Shown here: piece by piece, positions 41,898 through 49,088 of the stretch
Layout of the letters: the number at the start of each line of letters is the position of its first letter
Position numbering within the stretch: the first letter of the stretch is position 1
Origin: Candidatus Woesearchaeota archaeon
Lineage (GTDB): Archaea > Nanobdellota > Nanobdellia > Woesearchaeales > GW2011-AR9
Length of the DNA stretch: 49,934 bases
Assembly: GCA_018657475.1 (NCBI GenBank)
Contig: JABHXC010000022.1
Span: forward strand, 1-49,934
Reading direction: 5' to 3'
Made by a program: the position numbers and the translations under genes
The notes under the pieces: model-generated
Told to the model about the DNA's origin: nothing
The model's input: only the letters and a program-made list of their open reading frames with translations
Databases searched by the model: none

Positions 41898-41935
41898 TAA
41901 GTAGAGTTTATATTCTAATAAATTATTTTTAATGT

Positions 41936-42688
41936 ATGAAAGAATTAGAAGCAGAATTTCTTGGAAGATATTTTGGGGATGGTTGTTTAACTGTAAAAAA
42001 TAATAAAGCACAATTTTCTATAACTGGTGATTTAAAAGAAGAAAAAGAGTTTTACAAAAGAGTTGTTGTTCCAGAATTTAATGAATTGTTTAATCTTTCT
42101 TTAAAGTTAAGAGAGTATAAATCTAATGGTGTTTGTGGTTTATATTATTCAAGTAAAAATTTTGCAAGAGAATTACAAGAAACATATAATCTTAAACCTG
42201 GAAAGAAATTAAATGTTAATTTACCTCTTCTTAAGACTAAAAATGAAAAAATAGCTTTTTTAAGAGGAATTTTTGATACCGATGGTAGTATTTATTTTTG
42301 TAAAAGTTATTTTAAAACTAAAAAACCAACTTTTTGTAACTCATTTCATTATAAACCAAAGATAAAAATAGCTTTAATCTCTGAAAAAATAATCACTTTT
42401 ATTTATAACATATTCTTGGAACTTGATCTCTCTCCAAGGATGTATTCTCCAAGAAAGCAAAAAAAACAAGAAAACATAATTTATGCGTTGGTATTGGATA
42501 ACGATAAAGATGTTAAAAAATGGATCACAGAAATTGGTTTTAAAAATATTAAACATAAAACAAAAGTAAAAGTTTGGGAAAAATATGGTTTTTGTCCGCC
42601 AAAAACAACAATAAAAGATAGATATATGATTCTTCAAGGGGTTTTAGATCCACTAACATTTTATTCTTGGAAACAGAATGATTTATAA
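41936..42688 (+). CDS. free-standing double-motif LAGLIDADG endonuclease-like protein
   Basis: LGRYFGDGC and LRGIFDTDGSIYF. TTTATATT box at 41907-41914, 22 nt before the ATG. Confidence 0.8.
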   Translation: MKELEAEFLGRYFGDGCLTVKNNKAQFSITGDLKEEKEFYKRVVVPEFNELFNLSLKLREYKSNGVCGLYYSSKNFARELQETYNLKPGKKLNVNLPLLKTKNEKIAFLRGIFDTDGSIYFCKSYFKTKKPTFCNSFHYKPKIKIALISEKIITFIYNIFLELDLSPRMYSPRKQKKQENIIYALVLDNDKDVKKWITEIGFKNIKHKTKVKVWEKYGFCPPKTTIKDRYMILQGVLDPLTFYSWKQNDL

Positions 42689-42781
42689 ATAACTTCTAGG
42701 TTCAGATTATAAACTTACTATGCGAAGAGACACCTGTGATACAGACATGCGGGGGTAGCAAAGTCTGGTTAAATGCGCAGG

Positions 42782-42802
42782 AGGGCTTTAGTGCTCTGCG
42801 AA
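42782..42802 (+). other. BHB intron 1 of tRNA-Leu (30/31, 21 nt)
   Basis: Central helix CGCA/TGCG, bulges GG|A and AA|A, inner hairpin GGGC-TTTAGT-GCTC. Confidence 0.75.
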
Positions 42803-42809
42803 ACTTAAG

Positions 42810-42852
42810 ACCAGCTTGATAGATTCTCTATTGAGCTAAGATTGTGTAAGCA
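42810..42852 (+). other. intron 2 of tRNA-Leu (canonical 37/38, 43 nt)
   Basis: Anticodon-loop CTTA pairs with TAAG 2 nt before the 3' site. Bulges AG|A and CA|A, outer helix CAGGA/TCCTG. The inner part is an 11-bp hairpin AGCTTGATAGA/TCTATTGAGCT, so the form is relaxed (BHL-like). Confidence 0.65.
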
Positions 42853-42973
42853 ATCCTGTCTCTTAGTGGGTTCGAGGGTTCAAATCCCTTCCCCCGCACA
42901 TTTTCTTTTTATTTTCTTTAATTGCTATATTTGAAACCATAGTTTTATAAACTGACCATTCAATTTGATGATT

Positions 42974-43369
42974 ATGGCATTCAGAAGAGAAAGTTCAGAC
43001 AGATCAAGTGCAAGGGGATCAAGAACCTTTGCAGGTAGAGATACTAATAAACGAGGTTCTCATCGTTCTGAAAGAGGTAGTTCTGGTGGATACGGTAAAA
43101 GAAGTTCTAGAGATTTTGGTGGAAGAAATTCTGACAGAAGAGGTTCTGACAGAAGAGGATCAGATCGTCCAGAAATGACTAAAGTAACTTGTGATTCATG
43201 TGGGAAAAGATGTGAAGTACCATTCAAACCAACTTCTAACAAACCAATTTATTGCAGTGATTGTTTTAGAAAAGAATCTAGCCCAAGATCAAGCGGTTCT
43301 GGTAGTAAAGATTTAGCTGAAATTAACAAGAAGCTTGACAAAATAATGGATGCATTAGATATTAATTGA
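42974..43369 (+). CDS. CxxC-x17-CxxC zinc-ribbon protein with an Arg/Ser/Gly-rich N-terminus
   Basis: CDSCGKRCEVPFKPTSNKPIYCSDC. Start chosen at ATG 42974, exactly 22 nt after TTTATAAA (42944-42951). The ORF-track start is 42965. Confidence 0.7.
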   Translation: MAFRRESSDRSSARGSRTFAGRDTNKRGSHRSERGSSGGYGKRSSRDFGGRNSDRRGSDRRGSDRPEMTKVTCDSCGKRCEVPFKPTSNKPIYCSDCFRKESSPRSSGSGSKDLAEINKKLDKIMDALDIN

Positions 43370-43492
43370 TTATTAATTTTATTTTTATTGTTTATTCATT
43401 ATTATTTGTTTTTCATTAAGATTCTATTTTAATTTATTTTTATAAAAATAAAAAGAAGATATATAACAGATACTTCTTTTTTTAGATAATAA

Positions 43493-44605
43493 ATGGGAAA
43501 TTTCAATAAATTAGGTTTGAAAAAGGAAATTCTTGAAGTTTTGTCTAGATTGAAATTTACTAATACGCTTGAAGTGCAAGATCAAATTGTACCTTTAGTA
43601 ATGAAAAGAAAAAATGTTGTTTTCACATCAAGAACAGGTAGCGGGAAAACTCTTGCTTACCTTTTAGGTTATTTAGGAAAAATTAATAAAAAACGAAATG
43701 CTCAAATGATTGTTCTGGTACCCACAAGAGAACTTTGTATTCAAGTTGGTAAAGAGATTAAAACATTTTGTGACATTTTAGGAATTAATGTTGGAATGCT
43801 TTACGGTGGTAGAGAAATTAAAGGTGATTACAGAACTTTAAACAAAAAAAATCAAATTATTGTAGCAACTCCAGGAAGATTAATTTTACACGTTAATGAC
43901 AAAAAGATTAAAGTTGGTGAAGTGAAATATTTAGTTTATGATGAGTCTGACCAGATGTTTGATCACGGATTTTATGATGATTGTTTATATTTGAAAGAAA
44001 GAATTAGCAATGATGCACAAATTGTATTATCATCAGCAACCATAACTAAAAAAGTTGATAATTTTATTAAAGAAGAAATAGTTGATTATGAATTATTACA
44101 AATTGGAAGTTTGATTCCTGAAAATATCTTACAAGAAAAGTTGTATTGTGAAAAAATAGAAAAAAATGAAATATTGTTAAATTTATTCTCAAAAAGGAAA
44201 TTTAAACGGGCCATGGTATTTTGTAACACTAAACAAAAATCGTATAACATTGCTCAATTTTTTCAAAAAAATAAATTTAATGCAAAATCGTTAAGCGGTG
44301 ATCTTGAGCATAAAGAAAGGCAGAACCATCTTAATTTGTTTAAAGCAGGAAAAATTAAAATTTTAGTGGCAACAGATGTTGCTTCTCGTGGTCTTCACAT
44401 TGAAACAGTTGACATAATCATAAATTATGATGTACCTACAAAAGAAGAATTTTATGTACACCGGATTGGAAGAACTGGAAGAGTTGATAAAAAAGGGTAT
44501 TCTTTAACACTTGTTTGTCCAGAAGATGTAAAAAGATTATCTGATATTGAATTAAAGTATGATCTGATAATTGAGGAAATAAATAAAAAATCTGCTTCTA
44601 ATTAG
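43493..44605 (+). CDS. DEAD-box ATP-dependent RNA helicase (DESD variant)
   Basis: Q-motif region, TGSGKT, PTRELC, DESD, SAT, HRIGRTGR. Confidence 0.9.
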   Translation: MGNFNKLGLKKEILEVLSRLKFTNTLEVQDQIVPLVMKRKNVVFTSRTGSGKTLAYLLGYLGKINKKRNAQMIVLVPTRELCIQVGKEIKTFCDILGINVGMLYGGREIKGDYRTLNKKNQIIVATPGRLILHVNDKKIKVGEVKYLVYDESDQMFDHGFYDDCLYLKERISNDAQIVLSSATITKKVDNFIKEEIVDYELLQIGSLIPENILQEKLYCEKIEKNEILLNLFSKRKFKRAMVFCNTKQKSYNIAQFFQKNKFNAKSLSGDLEHKERQNHLNLFKAGKIKILVATDVASRGLHIETVDIIINYDVPTKEEFYVHRIGRTGRVDKKGYSLTLVCPEDVKRLSDIELKYDLIIEEINKKSASN

Positions 44606-44617
44606 GCTTTCATCATT

Positions 44618-44638
44618 CACTGGACAACTGGACAACTG
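44618..44638 (+). promoter_or_regulatory. 21-nt motif CACTGGACAACTGGACAACTG upstream of LAGLIDADG gene 2
   Basis: Second copy of the 41877-41897 motif, at the same 38-nt distance to the start codon (GTG 44677). Confidence 0.55.
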
Positions 44639-44676
44639 CAGGGAAAACATTTAAATTAATTCATCTTATTAAATTT

Positions 44677-45330
44677 GTGATAGAACTTAATGAAGAAATT
44701 TGTGAATTTATAGGGGCTTTAATTGGTGATGGTTATATTGGTAATTATGGTTCAAGAAAGCAGCAATATCTTATTGGGTTGGTTGGACACAATAAACTGG
44801 ACAAAAATTACTTTGTAGATTATCTTTATCCTTTAATTAAGAGAAATTTTAATTTTGTAAATCCACATATTTATTATAGATCTGATGAGAATACTATTCG
44901 CTTGGTTATTTATTCTAAGCGTTTGTTTATGTTTCTTACGTCTCTTGGAATGCCAATAGGCAAGAAGTCAAGAATCATTAAAATTCCTCAAAAGATTTTA
45001 GAAAAAGAAAGTCATATTTGTGCAACAATAAGAGGAATTTTTGATACAGATGGTTGTGTTTTTTTGGATCGTCGTTTGAAATATAAACAACCTTATCCTC
45101 GTTTGGTGCTTCAATCAGCAAGTATTCCATTGATTGAACAGCTAGAAAATTATCTTGGGAACTATTTTACGCTTTATGTGAAAAAAAATAATCGAGATGG
45201 TTATAGGAATAATTTAGAGATTTATGGCCATCAACAGCTAGAAAGCTTTTTAAAGCGAATAGGTCTTTCGAATCAAAGACACCTGTCTAGGTGCCCCCAT
45301 GGCCTAGCGGTAAGGTTTTCACCTCGCTAA
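44677..45330 (+). CDS. free-standing double-motif LAGLIDADG endonuclease-like protein
   Basis: IGALIGDGYIG and IRGIFDTDGCVFL. GTG start. The 3' end reads into tRNA-Thr exon 1 and intron 1. Confidence 0.75.
   Translation: MIELNEEICEFIGALIGDGYIGNYGSRKQQYLIGLVGHNKLDKNYFVDYLYPLIKRNFNFVNPHIYYRSDENTIRLVIYSKRLFMFLTSLGMPIGKKSRIIKIPQKILEKESHICATIRGIFDTDGCVFLDRRLKYKQPYPRLVLQSASIPLIEQLENYLGNYFTLYVKKNNRDGYRNNLEIYGHQQLESFLKRIGLSNQRHLSRCPHGLAVRFSPR
45312..45330 (+). other. BHB intron 1 of tRNA-Thr (D-loop, 20/21, 19 nt)
   Basis: AGCG GT|A AGGT-TTTC-ACCT CGCT AA|A: central helix AGCG/CGCT with two 3-nt bulges. Confidence 0.75.
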
Positions 45331-45338
45331 ATGGCGTT

Positions 45339-45357
45339 AGAACAATAGTTCCGCTAA
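45339..45357 (+). other. BHB intron 2 of tRNA-Thr (anticodon stem, 28/29, 19 nt)
   Basis: GGCG TT|A GAAC-AATA-GTTC CGCT AA|A: the same architecture as intron 1. Confidence 0.75.
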
Positions 45358-45413
45358 ACCTTGGTAAGGTAGAGATCCCGGGTTCAATTCCCGGTGGGGG
45401 CTCCATTTTTACT

Positions 45414-46238
45414 ATGGTAGAACTTCCTGAAAAGTTAAGAGATGAACTTAAAACGGTAATTGACATTATTCGGGAAGCCGGAGAAGTTTTACTTTCTTAT
45501 CAAGATACTAATAACGTGAAAAAGAAAGAAGATGGAACTTATGTTACAGAAGCTGATCATGCTGTATCTTCATTTATTCATAAAAACCTTGCATCAAGAT
45601 TTCCAGAATATGGTTATGTTGATGAAGAATTAACTCCATCTGAAGAAGAATTACAAAAAGAGTTTTGTTGGGTTATTGATCCATTAGATAGCACGCGAGA
45701 TTTTGTTGAAGGAAGGGACGGTTTTTCAATCATTATTGGTTTGTTACATAAAGGTAAACCAGTATTAGGAGTAGCTTATCAACCACAACAAGAAGTATTA
45801 TATTATGCTGTTAAAGGAGAAGGAGCTTATGTTGTAAGGTTTGGTAAAACATTAAAGTTACAAGTTTCACAAGATAAAACATTACGTTTAGTTATTACTC
45901 GTTCTAGAAAAGTAGCAGCAGAGACGACATGGTTAAGAGAAGTATTACATCCTGTATCTTTAGTAAGAAAAGGTGGTTCATTAAAAATTGTTGATGTAGC
46001 TACGGGAATGGCAACATTATTCTTAATTTTACCTGTTGGAGTGATGTCTGTATGGGATTTATGTGGGACAACAATCATTTTAGAAGAAGCCGGTGGTACT
46101 ATCACAGACTTTACTGGAGAATCATTAAATTTTTTAACTTTAAAACATACTAAAGGTATACTAGCATCAAACTCAATAGGGCATGAAATGTTAGTACAAA
46201 AATTACAAGATGCTGAAAGAAATCACAAAGAAAATTAA
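45414..46238 (+). CDS. inositol monophosphatase / CysQ-family phosphatase
   Basis: TEADHAV, WVIDPLDSTRDF, WDLCGTTIILEEAGG. Start set at ATG 45414 because the ORF-track start at 45291 lies inside the tRNA. Confidence 0.8.
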   Translation: MVELPEKLRDELKTVIDIIREAGEVLLSYQDTNNVKKKEDGTYVTEADHAVSSFIHKNLASRFPEYGYVDEELTPSEEELQKEFCWVIDPLDSTRDFVEGRDGFSIIIGLLHKGKPVLGVAYQPQQEVLYYAVKGEGAYVVRFGKTLKLQVSQDKTLRLVITRSRKVAAETTWLREVLHPVSLVRKGGSLKIVDVATGMATLFLILPVGVMSVWDLCGTTIILEEAGGTITDFTGESLNFLTLKHTKGILASNSIGHEMLVQKLQDAERNHKEN

Positions 46239-47154
46239 ACAAACAATTGATTCTTATTCAACTACTGATCAGCTTGTTTTTCAAAATCAAGTAATTCCTA
46301 TTCAACAAGGTTATTTTACTTCTTTAGTTGGTAATGGGGTTAAAAAGATTACTTTTATTGATGGTGGACAAGCAGAAATTTTGTCTGCAGCAAATTTTTG
46401 TTTAGGGTTTGTTAGGTTAGCTGCAGCGACATACCAAGGAATCACTTTAATTGATCAGAAAATCATAGAATTTTATGTTTTTGTAAAAGCAGTTTATCAC
46501 GCAAATGAGATTTATTATCAAAGTACATTATTTCCTGTAACTGGAAAATTATTATTTTCTGCAGAAGATTTGTTTATTTCTTCACATGATTCAACTATTA
46601 AAAATGGAACTGAACGAGCAGCTTTACAGAAAGTTGTTGGAATGGCAAGAAGGTTTGGTGAACTTACTTTAGCTGCTTCTTTTGATAATGAAATTGTTGT
46701 TTTAGATGGTACATTAGATGCTACTTATAAAAATGAAAATAAATTTTTATCTTTACTTTCTGAACAAGTTTCCGCTTTAGCAAAGTCATCTTCTTTGTTT
46801 ACTATCTCAGGTAATTCACCAATGATTTTTTTAAACAAAATAGGTCCTGAAAATGAATGTTGGAGTTATTTTGTTACTGGGAAAACTTATTTTGTTAAAT
46901 TACATCCAATAGCAAAACATATTTTTAGGTTTACTGGAAGGAAAGATGTATTATCGTCATTAGTAAAATTAAGTAGTGATGCAGTATTTTTAGGGTATCC
47001 TTACGGGTTAATTGTTGCAGATAAACTGGCTAGAGTAAGTAATGCTGAAAAAAGTTCATTACAAATGCAGTTTTTATTAAAAGAAGAGAACAAAGATATT
47101 GTTTCTTATTTAAGCACACAAAATGTTCATGATATATTGGATAGATTAGGGTAA
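46210..47154 (+). CDS. hypothetical protein, possibly a NurA-like nuclease
   Basis: ITFIDGGQAEIL and IVVLDGTLDATY resemble the DGS / DGSL acidic motifs of NurA. The resemblance is weak. Confidence 0.35.
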   Translation: MLKEITKKIKQTIDSYSTTDQLVFQNQVIPIQQGYFTSLVGNGVKKITFIDGGQAEILSAANFCLGFVRLAAATYQGITLIDQKIIEFYVFVKAVYHANEIYYQSTLFPVTGKLLFSAEDLFISSHDSTIKNGTERAALQKVVGMARRFGELTLAASFDNEIVVLDGTLDATYKNENKFLSLLSEQVSALAKSSSLFTISGNSPMIFLNKIGPENECWSYFVTGKTYFVKLHPIAKHIFRFTGRKDVLSSLVKLSSDAVFLGYPYGLIVADKLARVSNAEKSSLQMQFLLKEENKDIVSYLSTQNVHDILDRLG

Positions 47155-47186
47155 TTCTTTTAAAGTAGGTTTATTCTTAGAAATTT

Positions 47187-48413
47187 ATGGGGATTTTTGA
47201 TTTTTTAAAAAAGAAAAAAGTAGAATCTGAACAGTTAAAATTTAATGAAGTAGCTAGTTGGCTTGAAAAAGAGTTTAGTAAAGAAATGGAGATTTTTAAC
47301 CAAAACATTTCTTCATTAAAAGAAAAAATAATTGAAGAGAAAAATAAGACAGAACAACATTTGCAAAAACTTGCTGTAGAGGTGTTAAAAAATGAAAAGA
47401 TACCTGAACGTGCAAAGCAAATGATGGAAGGAAACAGAACTACATATTTACAAAAAGTAAGAGGGTTACTTTCTCAAATAAACCCTCCTGAAAATTATCC
47501 TGAATATGAACAGTTCTTTGTTACTATTGAGAAAGATTTTGATGATTTTGGTAAAGCAACATTAAGAAACTATCAGATTTTACGTGAATTTTTTAGTAAT
47601 GATATTTCTGCTATTGCACGGAATTTGAAAAAATTTAATGAATTACTAAAAGAAATGAAACAAATTGTTATTAAAACTAATATTAATGGAATTATCTTGT
47701 TACAAAATTCTGTTAGAGAATTAATTGTACAACGACAAAGGAAAGAAGAAAATAAAATTAAAGTATTAGAGCTTAAAGAAACAGTTAGTAAAAATGAAAT
47801 TGGTGTACAAAAGATTCAAAAAAAAATTGTTGGCTTAAAAAATGGTGAGATTTATTCTAAACATTTGAACTCTATTAAAGAAAAAGAAAAATTGGAATTA
47901 CAAAGAAGAAATCTTACTAATAGTGTTTTTCAATCATTTTCTGTAATCTCTGCTGGATTAAAAAAGTATGAACGAGTTACTTTAGATGGATCCGTAGTTA
48001 AAGCATATAACTCTAATCCTATATCTGCTCTTTTAGAAGATAAAGAATTGCAGATCATAACGGTTCTTGCGAAAATGAAGGGTGCTTTAAATAAGTTAGA
48101 CTTGAAAGAAAAGAAGCATGTTAAAGTTGAACAAGGGATTAATGTGTTCACTAAAGAGTATCTTCAAGATTTTCTTGTAAAATATGGGCGTTTTAGTAAT
48201 CAGTTAAATGAAGTTGAGAATGTGATTAATTCGGCTTCAATAGTTACAGAACTTGTTTCTTTAGAAGATGATTTGCGAAAAGAACAAATGATTTTACAAA
48301 ATATTCAAGAAAAAGTTTCATTATTAGAAGCAATTAAAGAAGATGATAGTATTGAAGAATTGTCTTCTAGGATTTCTAAACAGTTTGGGAAAGAAATTGT
48401 GATTGTAGTTTGA
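47187..48413 (+). CDS. long coiled-coil protein
   Basis: 408 aa, Lys/Glu-rich heptads throughout. The amphipathic N-terminus MGIFDFLKKKK is reminiscent of PspA/ESCRT-III N-termini. No P-loop. Confidence 0.5.
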   Translation: MGIFDFLKKKKVESEQLKFNEVASWLEKEFSKEMEIFNQNISSLKEKIIEEKNKTEQHLQKLAVEVLKNEKIPERAKQMMEGNRTTYLQKVRGLLSQINPPENYPEYEQFFVTIEKDFDDFGKATLRNYQILREFFSNDISAIARNLKKFNELLKEMKQIVIKTNINGIILLQNSVRELIVQRQRKEENKIKVLELKETVSKNEIGVQKIQKKIVGLKNGEIYSKHLNSIKEKEKLELQRRNLTNSVFQSFSVISAGLKKYERVTLDGSVVKAYNSNPISALLEDKELQIITVLAKMKGALNKLDLKEKKHVKVEQGINVFTKEYLQDFLVKYGRFSNQLNEVENVINSASIVTELVSLEDDLRKEQMILQNIQEKVSLLEAIKEDDSIEELSSRISKQFGKEIVIVV

Positions 48414-48420
48414 AGTGAAA

Positions 48421-49023
48421 TTATTTATTTTGGAGTAGGGATAAAACTTTTTCAAACTCTTCTGCTTGAATAATTGCATCTTCTAGGGCATTGTGTGGTA
48501 AGTCTTCTCCTCTAATTCCTAATTCAACAATATGTGATTGAACAGAACCAGTAACTCCTCGATACATAGAATTGATATCTTCTCCAGTGTGACCAAAAGG
48601 ATTATTTCCATCATAGAAATTATCAAAATACCATGAAGTAAACATTCCATCAAACTTAATTGGAGCTGCAGCTGCAACAGGTTTGAACCCTTCTGTTACT
48701 TTTCTTGTCCAGTCTGCGTATTCTTGCATTACTTTACTTGGTTCATCACCTTTCTCTTGAAGAACTTCTAACACTTTTTTAGCGTTAAATTTTTCACTTT
48801 CTGGATCAAATTCTGGATTATGTTTTAAATCATCTAAACATCTTAATCCTTTAGCACCTACCCTCATAGCAGAAACAATATGATTTTGATTAAGTGGTTT
48901 TATTTCTCTATAGAACTGTGTTGAAGTATCTCCGACAACACATGCGCCAAGGGATAACATTGAATATTTTCCTGGAGTTGGGCCTGAAGCTTCAATATCA
49001 AATGAAATATATTTTTTTTCCAT
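48421..49023 (-). CDS. DEDDh 3'-5' exonuclease (DnaQ/RNase T-like)
   Basis: Exo I FDIEASG, and Exo III HNALEDA near the C-terminus. Confidence 0.7.
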   Translation of the reverse strand: MEKKYISFDIEASGPTPGKYSMLSLGACVVGDTSTQFYREIKPLNQNHIVSAMRVGAKGLRCLDDLKHNPEFDPESEKFNAKKVLEVLQEKGDEPSKVMQEYADWTRKVTEGFKPVAAAAPIKFDGMFTSWYFDNFYDGNNPFGHTGEDINSMYRGVTGSVQSHIVELGIRGEDLPHNALEDAIIQAEEFEKVLSLLQNK

Positions 49024-49088
49024 ATTAATTAGGTATTTGATTTTATTTTAAAACTTATGATTTAATATTGAGTTATATGAATAAAGAG

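Larger units (their letters stand above)
42749..42898 (+). tRNA. tRNA-Leu(UAA), class II, with two introns
   Basis: GCGGGGG TA GCA AAGTCTGGTTAAA TGC G CAGG[21 nt]A CTTAAG[43 nt]A TCCTG TCTCTTAGTGGGTTC GAGGG TTCAAAT CCCTT CCCCCGC A. The spliced anticodon arm is CAGGA-CTTAAGA-TCCTG. Confidence 0.8.
45293..45405 (+). tRNA. tRNA-Thr(GGU) with two 19-nt introns and an encoded CCA
   Basis: Spliced product: GCCCCCA TG GCCT AGCGGTA TGGC G TTACC TTGGTAA GGTAG AGATC CCGGG TTCAATT CCCGG TGGGGGC T CCA. G1-C72, C2-G71 and U73 are consistent with Thr identity. Confidence 0.8.

Noticed and set aside
42785-42793. CTTTAGT read as an anticodon loop (UUA ochre-suppressor or UAG-type Leu) in the class II tRNA
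   Set aside because: The flanking bases do not form a 5-bp stem. The segment is better explained as the loop of the intron-1 hairpin. CTTAAGA between CAGGA and TCCTG gives a standard Leu(UAA) arm.
41877-44638. Tandem ACTGGACA repeats as a CRISPR or other repeat array
   Set aside because: There are only about 2.5 copies of an 8-mer at each of two sites, with no spacers. They are better read as a protein-binding or cassette-boundary motif. No CRISPR array exists in the window.
45320-45357. Single 38-nt intron model for tRNA-Thr (28/29)
   Set aside because: It gives a G10:U25 D-stem and U26, and there is no BHB at the 5' junction. The two-intron model gives two perfect BHB motifs and a better cloverleaf of the same length.
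45291-45413. N-terminal extension of the IMPase-family ORF (track start 45291)
   Set aside because: The extension is the tRNA-Thr gene read as protein. ATG 45414 (MVELPEKL...) follows the tRNA directly.
47187-48413. The 408-aa protein as the HerA partner of the NurA-like gene
   Set aside because: It has no Walker A or B motifs and is entirely coiled-coil in character, so it cannot be a HerA-type ATPase.
48703-48712. ACTGGACAAG 10-mer (minus strand) inside the exonuclease gene, matching part of the LAGLIDADG upstream motif
   Set aside because: It is a single half-site within a coding region (encoding ADWTRK) with no flanking similarity, so it is probably chance.
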